A stretch of DNA of 64,000 nucleotides from Candidatus Saccharicenans sp. (lineage in GTDB: Bacteria > Acidobacteriota > Aminicenantia > Aminicenantales > Saccharicenantaceae). The translations under genes were made by a program, and so were the position numbers. Under the pieces are notes generated by a model. That model saw only the letters and a list, made by a program, of their open reading frames with translations, searched no databases and was not told where the DNA came from. The stretch's first letter is position 1; every line of letters begins with the position of its first letter. The stretch lies in contig JAOAIU010000048.1 of assembly GCA_026414545.1 (NCBI GenBank), positions 46,172-110,171 of the forward strand, in the 5' to 3' direction. Of the stretch, positions 1 through 8,687 are shown piece after piece.

Positions 1-876
1 ACGGCTGACGCCGTTTTCCAGAACATCTACACCATCCAGCAGGAAAACCCGGATGTCATCCTGGTGCTGTCCGGTGACCACGTCTACCGGGCCGACTACC
101 GGAAGGTTCTTAAATTTTTCCTGGATAAAAAAGCCGAAGCCGTGGTCATGACTCACACCTGGCCCGTGGCTGAGGCCAGCCGATTCGGCGTGCTCGGCAT
201 CGACCAGGACCACCGGATCATCAATTTTGCTGAAAAACCCAAGAAACCCTTTCCGTTGCCCTGGTCGCCGGAGCTGGCTTTAATTTCCATGGGAGTTTAC
301 ATGTTCTACACCCCAGTGCTGGTCAAGGCTCTGATCAAGGATGCCCGCAACCCCAGGTCCAGCCACGACTTCGGCAAGGACGTCTTGCCGGCAATGATAA
401 AAGAGAACCGGGTCTATGCTTACATTTACGAAGACTACTGGCAGGATATCGGGACGATCGACGCCTACTGGCGGGCCAACATGGACTTCTTGTCAGACAA
501 CCCACCGTTCCGGCTTAACGACCCCGGCTGGCCCATCAGGACCTACAAGCCACAATATCCGCCTTCCTACGTGTCCGGAGGAAATATCAAGAATTCTATC
601 ATCGGAGATGGTTGTCTGATTAACGGTGGCCAGGTCCAGGACTCGATTCTATCCTACGGGGTTACGGTGGAGCCGGGAGCGGTGGTTGAAGAATCCATCA
701 TCTTTGAAGGTACGGTTATCAAGAGCGGGGCCCGGATAAAAAGGGCTATAATAGATAAGAAGGCAGTGGTACCCGAAAAGTTTGTCATCGGTCATGACGA
801 CAGCCGAGACGCTGATTATTTCAAGATCAGCGCCGGCGGTATCAGGACCGTGCCCAAGGGCTGGAGGCTGGAATGA
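1..876 (+). CDS. glgC: Glucose-1-phosphate adenylyltransferase (ADP-glucose pyrophosphorylase), 5' end outside window
   Basis: Frame is open from base 1 (TADAVFQNI...LSGDHVY). Motifs FAEKP, SMGVYMF, DFGKDVLP, YWQDIGTIDAYW and a C-terminal beta-helix are typical of GlgC. Confidence 0.95.
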   Translation, partial: TADAVFQNIYTIQQENPDVILVLSGDHVYRADYRKVLKFFLDKKAEAVVMTHTWPVAEASRFGVLGIDQDHRIINFAEKPKKPFPLPWSPELALISMGVYMFYTPVLVKALIKDARNPRSSHDFGKDVLPAMIKENRVYAYIYEDYWQDIGTIDAYWRANMDFLSDNPPFRLNDPGWPIRTYKPQYPPSYVSGGNIKNSIIGDGCLINGGQVQDSILSYGVTVEPGAVVEESIIFEGTVIKSGARIKRAIIDKKAVVPEKFVIGHDDSRDADYFKISAGGIRTVPKGWRLE

Positions 877-2219
877 TAACATCCTACCGGATGCAGCCGG
901 CTAACTTCAACCCCGAAATTCCCAAAGAGCTGGTGCTGCTGTCGATCATTGCCCAGAGCTTCTTCCAGCCGTTTTCCCTGGAAGATAATCTGCTGGTTAT
1001 TTTAACCGCCCTGACTTCTGGGGCGGGCATCGGTTTTAACCGGGCCACTCTATTCCTGAGCGAAGGGGATAAGCTCAAAGCCACCATGTGGCTGGGCCCG
1101 AGGTCTCCGGAGGAGGCCGAGGCCATCTGGACCATGCTCAGCTCACCGGGTCTGGGCTACGCTGAAATCGTGGAGCACAACCGGGAGCTGATCAGCCGCC
1201 TCCAGCCCGACCTCCAGCCGAAGCTCAAGGCCCTGGAGTACAACCTGGAAGACGAAGACCTGAAGTTCCCGGCCGCCGCGGCCCGGGATAAAGAAATAGT
1301 GCTGGTGACTGAAGCCAGCACCGACCCCAGGGTTGACCGCCGCTTCCTGAATTTTGTTCAGGTTGACGAGTTTCTGTGCCTGCCCCTGGTTGCCCGCAAT
1401 GAAGTCATGGGAGAAATTGTGGTGGACAACGCCATCACTCATGCCCCCATCACCTCCAGGGACATCGAACTGGCCAGCCTGTGTGCCCTGCTGGCCGGGA
1501 ATTACATCCATACCACCAGGCTTTACAAGAAAGTCCTGGAAATGGAAAAACTGGCCGCCCTGGGCGAGATGGCTGCTTTCATCTCCCACCAATTGAGAAA
1601 TCCGATTGTGGCCATCGGTGGGTTTACCAGGCAGCTGGTCAACCAGCCCTGCAACCCGGAAAAATGCCAGAGAAACCTGCACATCATCCAGGAAGAAATC
1701 AAACATCTGGAAGAAATAATTTTTCGGATGAGTCATTTTTTGCGGATAAAGATCAAAGAACTGGTGCCGATAGACTATCGGCCTATTCTGCTGGGGATTA
1801 GAGAAAGACCGGACATAAAAGCCAAGGCCGCCGATAAAACGATTACCATCAGTTTGCCAGAAAACAATTCCCTGATACTGTGCGACCCGGTTTATTTCGA
1901 GGAATCGATGGTCAATCTTCTGGATAATGCTCTGGACGTAACCCCGGCCGGTGGCCGGGTCTATATTAGGGCCTGTCAGAGAAATAAGAAATGGGTAACC
2001 ATTACCATCAAGGATTCGGGTCCGGGACTCGATGAAAAGAGCCAGGAAAAGATGTTCAGTCCCTTCTTCTCCACCAAGGAAAGCGGACTGGGACTGGGAC
2101 TGCTGTTTGTCCGGCGTGTCCTGGAATCCTGCGGCGGCAAGATTGAAGTCCGGAGCAAACCGGGCCGGGGCACCATGTTCAGACTTTATTTTCTGGCCAG
2201 AGAAAGGGGGTCTTCATGA
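873..2219 (+). CDS. GAF-domain sensor histidine kinase (cytoplasmic)
   Basis: H-box SHQLRNP, N-box NLLDNA, D-box DSGPG, F-box FFSTK, G-box GLGLGL. N-terminal GAF-like region. ATGA overlap with glgC. Confidence 0.9.
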   Translation: MITSYRMQPANFNPEIPKELVLLSIIAQSFFQPFSLEDNLLVILTALTSGAGIGFNRATLFLSEGDKLKATMWLGPRSPEEAEAIWTMLSSPGLGYAEIVEHNRELISRLQPDLQPKLKALEYNLEDEDLKFPAAAARDKEIVLVTEASTDPRVDRRFLNFVQVDEFLCLPLVARNEVMGEIVVDNAITHAPITSRDIELASLCALLAGNYIHTTRLYKKVLEMEKLAALGEMAAFISHQLRNPIVAIGGFTRQLVNQPCNPEKCQRNLHIIQEEIKHLEEIIFRMSHFLRIKIKELVPIDYRPILLGIRERPDIKAKAADKTITISLPENNSLILCDPVYFEESMVNLLDNALDVTPAGGRVYIRACQRNKKWVTITIKDSGPGLDEKSQEKMFSPFFSTKESGLGLGLLFVRRVLESCGGKIEVRSKPGRGTMFRLYFLARERGSS

Positions 2220-2569
2220 AAAAGATACTGCTGGTGGAAGACGACAAGAGCTTGAGCCTGCTCTACCAGGAAGAGCTATCCAGAGAAGGTTATGAGGTGG
2301 TCCTGGCCGCCGATGCCGAATCGGCCCTGGAACTGGTTCGGTCCGGCGGATTTGACTTGATCATCACCGACATCCGGATGCCCGGCAAAGACGGCATCGA
2401 GCTTATCTCCAGCATCATGGGCATGAGAAAGGATATACCAATCATCATCAACACTGCCTACCAGAGCTATAAGGGCGACTTCATGACCTGGGCGGCCGAT
2501 GCTTACCTCATCAAGTCTTCTTCTCTGGATGAACTGAAATTAAAAATCAGGGAACTCCTGGCCGATTGA
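2216..2569 (+). CDS. Single-domain response regulator (CheY-like receiver)
   Basis: ILLVEDD, DLIITDIRMPG phospho-Asp motif, conserved T and K. ATGA overlap with the kinase. Confidence 0.92.
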   Translation: MKKILLVEDDKSLSLLYQEELSREGYEVVLAADAESALELVRSGGFDLIITDIRMPGKDGIELISSIMGMRKDIPIIINTAYQSYKGDFMTWAADAYLIKSSSLDELKLKIRELLAD

Positions 2570-2603
2570 CGATTAGCAGCAGAAACTGAAAGGTTGAACT
2601 TAC

Positions 2604-3650
2604 ATGCCTGAACTCAGAAAAGACATATTAACCGGTCGGTGGGTGATCATCTCCACCGAAAGAAGCAAGAGGCCCGACGACTTCCGGCCGGCTGAAAGTT
2701 CGGAACCGAAGAGGGAGAGCCTGGCCTTCTGTCCATTCTGTCCGGGCAATGAATCCAAGACCCCGCCCGAGGTCTATGCCGTCCGGGAAGACAGCTCTGA
2801 ACCCGACCGTCCCGGCTGGACGATAAGGGTTGTTCCCAACAAGTTCCCCGCTTTGCAACCCGGTTCCCCGCCACCCAAGAAAACCAGGGGTTCTTACCAG
2901 TGGATGGAGGGAGTCGGGGTCCATGAAGTCATCATCGAAACGCCTAACCACAACCAGGAACTTTCCGACCTGCCTGCCGACCACCTGGCCCGAATTATCC
3001 AGGTGTTCAGAGAACGGACCATCAACATCGAAGAAATCTACCACCATCAGTATGTTCAGATTTTCAAAAATAAGGGAAAGGAAGCCGGAGCTTCCCTGTC
3101 TCATCCTCACTCCCAGCTGATTGCCACGCCGATAGTCCCAAAGAGAATAAAGGAAGAAATTTACGGGGCGGAAAGAATTTACCGCAACCAGTTCCGGGAG
3201 TGCGTTTTCTGCCGGATGCTAAGAGAAGAACAATCTGGGGGCGAGCGTCTGATTTACCGGAACGAAAAATTTATAGTGTTAGCCCCCTATGCCTCGCGCT
3301 TTCCTTTTGAAATGGCCATCTTCCCGCTGAGGCATGCCGCCTTCTTCCGGGCGATAACTGACGAGGAAACGGCCTACCTGGCCGAAGCCCTGAAACAGGC
3401 TCTGGGCAGGCTCAGGCTCCAGCTGTCCGACCCGGCCTACAACCTGGTTTTCCATCATGCTCCCAATCCCCAGGTTTCAGAAAAGGCCTGGCCCGGCATC
3501 GATTCTTATTACCACTGGCATATCGAAGTGATGCCGATACTGACCAAAGTGGCCGGTTTCGAGCTGGGCACCGGCTTCTACATCAACCCGGTACCGCCGG
3601 AAGTGGCCGCTGAATACCTCAGGAAGAACGAGCCCCTGCCGGCCAGCTGA
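2604..3650 (+). CDS. galT: GalT-family nucleotide-sugar:phosphate nucleotidyltransferase (galactose-1-phosphate uridylyltransferase or ADP-glucose phosphorylase-like)
   Basis: MPELRKD start, CPFCPGNE, NKFPAL, GASLSHPHSQ (HPH catalytic motif), AGFELGTG. Confidence 0.88.
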   Translation: MPELRKDILTGRWVIISTERSKRPDDFRPAESSEPKRESLAFCPFCPGNESKTPPEVYAVREDSSEPDRPGWTIRVVPNKFPALQPGSPPPKKTRGSYQWMEGVGVHEVIIETPNHNQELSDLPADHLARIIQVFRERTINIEEIYHHQYVQIFKNKGKEAGASLSHPHSQLIATPIVPKRIKEEIYGAERIYRNQFRECVFCRMLREEQSGGERLIYRNEKFIVLAPYASRFPFEMAIFPLRHAAFFRAITDEETAYLAEALKQALGRLRLQLSDPAYNLVFHHAPNPQVSEKAWPGIDSYYHWHIEVMPILTKVAGFELGTGFYINPVPPEVAAEYLRKNEPLPAS

Positions 3651-5106
3651 GCATCTGGCAGTAGAGATCAAAATAATCCTCTGCTGACTTTTCCCAGGAA
3701 AAGTCGCTGCTCAGCCCGTTGTCCACCAGCCGGGACCAGAAAGGCTCCTTCCGGTAAAAGGCCAGAGCCCGGGAGACGGCCTCAACCAGGGAGCCGGTCT
3801 GGTAATCCTGGAAAAGAAATCCGTTGCCCTGAAGCGTGGATGGGTTGAATTCAGAAACAGTATCTCTCAGTCCGCCGGTGCTCCTGACAATCGGGACTGT
3901 CCCGTAACGCAGACTGTACATCTGGGTCAGGCCGCAGGGCTCATAGCGAGAGGGAATCAGGAAGAAATCGCTCCCGGCATAGATCAACCTGGCCAGGCGG
4001 TCATCAAAGGCAATCTTCAGACCGAAGCGGTCGGGATACTTTTTCTGGGCTTCGACCAGCAGATTCTGGATTTCGATTTCCCCGGTTCCCAGGATAACCA
4101 GGTAAAGTTCTTTTTTTAGCAGCTCGTCCAGGCTCCTGGCCAGCAGGTCAAAGCCCTTCTGCCCGGCCAGTCTGGAAACCATGCCCACCACCGGGCGGGC
4201 CGAGTCCAGGGGAAAATTAAAGTGCCGGAGAAGTTCCAGCCGACAGACTGACTTTCCGGCCAGGTTGCCTCTGGAATAATGGGCGGGCAGAGCCGGGTCG
4301 GTTTCAGGATTCCAGTCCAGATAATCTATGCCATTCAGAATGCCAAAAAGACGCTCTGACCTCTTGCGCAAAACTCCCTCCAGTCCGCAGCCGAATTCGG
4401 CCGTCTGTATTTCCCGGCTGTAGGTCGGGCTGACCGTGCTAATGGCATCAGAGTACAGGAGGCCAGCTTTTAGAAAATTGACCTTTCCGTAGAATTCCAG
4501 GTCTTCCGGATTGAAGAGATGTCCGGGAAGCCCGACCCGGCCGAGCAGGTCAGCAGGAAACAAACCCTGGTAGGCCAGGTTATGAATGGTAAAAAGAAGC
4601 CTGGTGTTAACAAAAAAACCGTCAATCGCCGGCCGGTGCCGAAGGTAGGCAAAGGTCAGAGCCGATTGCCAGTCGTGGGCATGAATTATGTCTGGCTTAA
4701 AGGGCAGATTCCGTAGCGTTTCCAGGGCGGCCAGCGAGAAGAAGGCAAAGCGCTCCCCGTTATCCGGGTAATCACCTTCAGGCGTACTGTAAAGATAGTC
4801 CCGGTCAAAAAGCCGGGGATTATCTATGAGGTATACCCTGAAACCTTCCGCCTGAAATTCATGAACGGAAAAAAACTTTTCTGGACCGGGCCAGTTTAAG
4901 GTTAATTGCCTGAAGACCGGTTTTAGGGGCAGGTTCTTCTTCCTTACCTCTCGATGAAGCGGCATGATGGCTACCACCTCAAGTCGAGGGTTACGGGCCA
5001 GGTACTTGGGCAGAGCCCCGGTGACATCAGCCAGTCCGCCGGTCTTGGCCAGGGGGGCCAGCTCCGGTGTCAGGAAAACCACTCTGATTCTGGTGTCTGA
5101 GCTCAT
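3619..5106 (-). CDS. glgA: Glycogen synthase (GT5)
   Basis: KTGGLADV, HAHDWQ, TIHNLAYQG, SRYEPCGLTQMY motifs. Confidence 0.95.
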   Translation of the reverse strand: MSSDTRIRVVFLTPELAPLAKTGGLADVTGALPKYLARNPRLEVVAIMPLHREVRKKNLPLKPVFRQLTLNWPGPEKFFSVHEFQAEGFRVYLIDNPRLFDRDYLYSTPEGDYPDNGERFAFFSLAALETLRNLPFKPDIIHAHDWQSALTFAYLRHRPAIDGFFVNTRLLFTIHNLAYQGLFPADLLGRVGLPGHLFNPEDLEFYGKVNFLKAGLLYSDAISTVSPTYSREIQTAEFGCGLEGVLRKRSERLFGILNGIDYLDWNPETDPALPAHYSRGNLAGKSVCRLELLRHFNFPLDSARPVVGMVSRLAGQKGFDLLARSLDELLKKELYLVILGTGEIEIQNLLVEAQKKYPDRFGLKIAFDDRLARLIYAGSDFFLIPSRYEPCGLTQMYSLRYGTVPIVRSTGGLRDTVSEFNPSTLQGNGFLFQDYQTGSLVEAVSRALAFYRKEPFWSRLVDNGLSSDFSWEKSAEDYFDLYCQMLSWPAGARSS

Positions 5107-5115
5107 AACAACTCC

Positions 5116-5958
5116 TTAGATAACAATTTCCCTGCGGGAAAAATTTATCAGAGAAAAACATTCTGGTATATGAGAATCATAAACTCCGTGAGCGTTAAGG
5201 GCCCAGCCGGGCGAGGGTTCGAGGCGACACCCGCCGGCTTCCAGGGCTTCAAACCGGGAAAAACTCATTCTCCAGACATCTCCATCATCAGGGGGGAGGG
5301 GCCGTCCCTGGGCCAGCACCTCCATCCCTTTCCAGGGAAAGGCCAGCTCCACCGTCCAGCCGCGGTCGATATCTGAAGAATCATTCAGAGTGCCGTCTAC
5401 CCGGACTGCCCATTTCAGACCTGGAAAATCCCAATCCATAAAGGCCCAGCGCCGGCCGCGGGGGTGACGCCCCCAGCGGGAGGCATCCTGAAAACCGCCC
5501 AGTACATCAACCTGCCTGCGGTACAGGTCAAATTCCGGCCGATCAAAAAAACTTCCCGGCTTCAGGGCTTCCTGCCAGATGTAAAAAACTTCATAGATGG
5601 TGCCCAGAGCGTTGACCTGCAGTTCGTAATAGCAATCCGGACCGGCAATAAAAACCTCGACATCATTCTCAAGCCAGAGAAAAGAATCTCTCTCAGCGAG
5701 ATGGGCCCGAACATCCGGTTCTTCCACCCAGAAGGCCAGGTAAAAATGCTCGTCATCCCAGAGCCCGGCTATCCTGGTATCTAGAAAAGCCGGTCGCCCG
5801 GTTACCAGGTCGACAAACCGTTCCGAACGGGGGGCCCGGGTCCAGGCCGGCTTATTCAGATCTCCGTCTATCACCAGGGGCCGGGGAGTGCGCAGGCAGG
5901 TATAGCAGGCCGGAGCAGCGGGCATAAGGTTACTGAAATCATATTTCCTGTTTTTCAT
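5116..5958 (-). CDS. Carbohydrate-binding family 9-like (CBM9/DOMON-like) protein
   Basis: IDGDL...W, WDDEHFYLAF, DVEVFI, YYELQVNALG, WTVELAFPW pattern. Lies directly upstream of glgA. Confidence 0.7.
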   Translation of the reverse strand: MKNRKYDFSNLMPAAPACYTCLRTPRPLVIDGDLNKPAWTRAPRSERFVDLVTGRPAFLDTRIAGLWDDEHFYLAFWVEEPDVRAHLAERDSFLWLENDVEVFIAGPDCYYELQVNALGTIYEVFYIWQEALKPGSFFDRPEFDLYRRQVDVLGGFQDASRWGRHPRGRRWAFMDWDFPGLKWAVRVDGTLNDSSDIDRGWTVELAFPWKGMEVLAQGRPLPPDDGDVWRMSFSRFEALEAGGCRLEPSPGWALNAHGVYDSHIPECFSLINFSRREIVI

Positions 5959-6049
5959 GCCGGTAAACCCCTGTCCAGACTCATCGATGAAAATTTATAT
6001 TATCAACAAAAGCGCCTGATGACAATCAGCAGTTAAAAGTCCAGCCCGG

Positions 6050-6078
6050 TTGACAGCACCTGCGGGGTGGGGCAGAAT
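6050..6078 (+). promoter_or_regulatory. Putative sigma70 promoter for the NUDIX gene
   Basis: TTGACA-17 bp-CAGAAT; ATG lies 9 nt downstream and no Shine-Dalgarno is present. Confidence 0.5.
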
Positions 6079-6087
6079 TAAAAGCCG

Positions 6088-6471
6088 ATGATAATAGTGG
6101 CTGCGGTCTTGAAGAAAGAGGGCCGAGTGTTGCTGGCCGAAAGAAGCGGGGAGGCTGAACCGTCCGGCTGGGAATTTCCGGGAGGAAAGGTCGAACCCGG
6201 AGAGACTCCGGAACAGGCTCTGGTCAGAGAAATCAGGGAAGAAATGGGGGTGGCCATTCAGGTAATCCGTTTCCTGGCAGCAGTTAACCTGCCGGGGTCC
6301 AATGAAAACAGCTTGATGGCCTTCGAAGCCAGGCTGGAATCGGAGAATATCAATCTGACCTCTCACCGGCGCTATGCCTGGGTTGCGCCGGAGGAGATTG
6401 GAAATTATGATCTCCTGCCCGCCGACCGGGAGCTCGTCCTGAAACTGAGTGCCAGGAACCTTCTGAGCTGA
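6088..6471 (+). CDS. NUDIX hydrolase (MutT/NudG-like)
   Basis: Nudix box WEFPGGKVEPGETPEQALVREIREEMG. Confidence 0.9.
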   Translation: MIIVAAVLKKEGRVLLAERSGEAEPSGWEFPGGKVEPGETPEQALVREIREEMGVAIQVIRFLAAVNLPGSNENSLMAFEARLESENINLTSHRRYAWVAPEEIGNYDLLPADRELVLKLSARNLLS

Positions 6472-6543
6472 GACGGAAAACGAACCGGTCGACACCGGCG
6501 CCCGTCAGGCCCTGGCGGAATGAGATAAAATAATGGAGAAACA

Positions 6544-7758
6544 ATGAACAGCACGGGAAAAGCCGGGAAAAACCGCGAAAACCAGAGAGTCCGGGAGGGA
6601 ATAGTTCTGAAGCCCGGACGGGAAAAATCCGTCCTCAGCCGGCATCACTGGATTTTCTCCGGGGCCATTCAGTCCTACCCGGAGAATTTCCTCAATGGAG
6701 GAATCTATCCCGTTTATTCTGCCGCCGGCCAGCTGCTCGGACATGGCTATTTCAACCAGAAATGCTCCCTGGCCGGAAGATTGTTGAGTTTTGGCGCGGA
6801 GGAGCCAGAGCTGGCCCTGAAAAGAAACCTGCAGCAGGCGGTTCAGCTCAGGCAACGTGTCTACCCACAGGGACAGGCGGTCAGGCTGGTCAACGGAGAG
6901 AGCGACCATCTGCCAGGATTAGTGGTGGACCGTTATGGTCCTGGCCTGGTCATTCAGGTGTCAACGCTGGGCATGGAAAAAATCAAGGACCGGATTCTGG
7001 ATTTGCTTAGAGACATTCTTAAACCGGCCTATATTTATGAAAAATCGCTGGTACCGTCGCGCCAGGAAGAAGGTTTATCTGAGTTTGAGGGCTTGCTCAA
7101 CGGAAAACTGGAAGAACCGATAACAGTCGAAGAGCAGGGATTGAAATTCAATATCTATCTGACCGAATCTCAAAAAACCGGATTTTTTCTGGACCAGCGC
7201 GAGATGCGTCAGCTGGTGCGTACTCTGGCCGGGGGACTGGATGTCCTGGATGGCTTCTCCTACACGGGCGGCTTCGCCGTGGCTGCCTTAAAAGGGGGCG
7301 CCCGCCGGGTGGACCTGGTCGATTATTCAAAAAGGGCTCTGGAAACAGCCGGAGCCAACCTGCGCCTTAACGGCTTTTCGCAAGATTCTTTCAGGCTGGT
7401 CAACCAGGATATGTTCAGGTTCCTCGAGGAAAGAGGACACCTTGAATACGGTCTGGTTATTCTGGACCCACCGGCCTTTGCCCGCAAGAAAGCCGACGAA
7501 AAGCAGGCAGTTAAGGCCTACCGGCAACTAAACCGGCTGGCCATGGAGAGGATGGGACCTGGAAGTTTTCTGCTGACATTTTCCTGCTCCTATTACATGG
7601 ATAGCCAGACCTTCCAGAAAACCATTTTCCAGGCTGCCCTGGAGGCTGGTCGGGAGGCCAGGATAATCCAGCGCCACCGCCAGGCCATGGACCATCCGGT
7701 GAGCATTTTTCACCCGGAGAGTGATTATTTGAAAGGTCTGCTGCTGTATCTCAGTTAA
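6544..7758 (+). CDS. rlmI: RlmI-like class I SAM-dependent rRNA m5C methyltransferase
   Basis: PUA-like N-terminus (HHWIFSG), ESDHLPGLVVDRY, QKTGFFLDQR, LDPPAF, FSCS, YLKG. Confidence 0.85.
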   Translation: MNSTGKAGKNRENQRVREGIVLKPGREKSVLSRHHWIFSGAIQSYPENFLNGGIYPVYSAAGQLLGHGYFNQKCSLAGRLLSFGAEEPELALKRNLQQAVQLRQRVYPQGQAVRLVNGESDHLPGLVVDRYGPGLVIQVSTLGMEKIKDRILDLLRDILKPAYIYEKSLVPSRQEEGLSEFEGLLNGKLEEPITVEEQGLKFNIYLTESQKTGFFLDQREMRQLVRTLAGGLDVLDGFSYTGGFAVAALKGGARRVDLVDYSKRALETAGANLRLNGFSQDSFRLVNQDMFRFLEERGHLEYGLVILDPPAFARKKADEKQAVKAYRQLNRLAMERMGPGSFLLTFSCSYYMDSQTFQKTIFQAALEAGREARIIQRHRQAMDHPVSIFHPESDYLKGLLLYLS

Positions 7759-8100
7759 GAAAAGAAAGACACTCCTTACACCGGATTGGCCGCTTCATAT
7801 TGATTTCATATTGATTAAGGGATTAACCGCCAGCAGATCTGGAACTTCGAAGCTTTCCTCCTCCTGAAGCTGCCACTGATATATGAACAGTCATTCATGT
7901 GTTAAGCCGGTTCGACCGGAAAGGTCGGGAAAACTGGTCCCGAGGCCAGCCGGGAATAAGAGCCATGTCTAACTGTTTCTGGAATTGTGGCCAGGAGCTG
8001 TCCCGGCCAGACTATCAACCGGACAGAACCCCAGGTGGGTTCGCTGAGGCAATTTGCCCCGGCAGCTAAAATTAAATATAATTCTAACCAAGGAGGCACG

Positions 8101-8568
8101 ATGGAAGCCCGGGAAATAATCAGAAGAACTCACCGCATCGCCGCCCTGGTCGGCTTTTCGGTCCTGGGGGCGATGGCTCTTTATCTGGTGCTGGTGGAAC
8201 TCATCAGGAGCAAAATGGCTCCTTTCCACGGACTTTACCCCATAAATGACCCGCAGACTGTGAAAAACCTTCGTTACCTGTTCTACGGGCTGTCGGCCGC
8301 GAGCGTTATCCTGGCCCGCCTCCTGCAGTCCATCTTGTTAAGAAAAAAACCGGGGGACAGCCCGGAAGACTTGCTTAACAAACTTCACCGGACCTCCCTG
8401 GTCATGGTCATCATGAGCGAGCTGCCGGCCTTATTCGGGCTTATTCTATTTTTAATCCGGGGATTATACCGTGATTTCTATATCCTGCTTGTAATTTCGG
8501 TGGCTGTCCTCTTCATCTTCTTTCCCAGGCGCCGGGCCTGGGAAGAATGGCTGCTCAGTCAAACCTGA
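8101..8568 (+). CDS. Hypothetical membrane protein (about 4 TM)
   Basis: Shine-Dalgarno AGGAGG before ATG at 8101; several hydrophobic segments. Confidence 0.7.
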   Translation: MEAREIIRRTHRIAALVGFSVLGAMALYLVLVELIRSKMAPFHGLYPINDPQTVKNLRYLFYGLSAASVILARLLQSILLRKKPGDSPEDLLNKLHRTSLVMVIMSELPALFGLILFLIRGLYRDFYILLVISVAVLFIFFPRRRAWEEWLLSQT

Positions 8569-8687
8569 GCCCCCGCCCGACAGGCAGGAGAAAGAACGGT
8601 TCCAGGGTGTTCGGGCAAAAAACGAATCCGCCAATTCTTGTTTTTCGTATATATAACCTGAATATTTTTTCTGGAAGTGAGGGCCGA

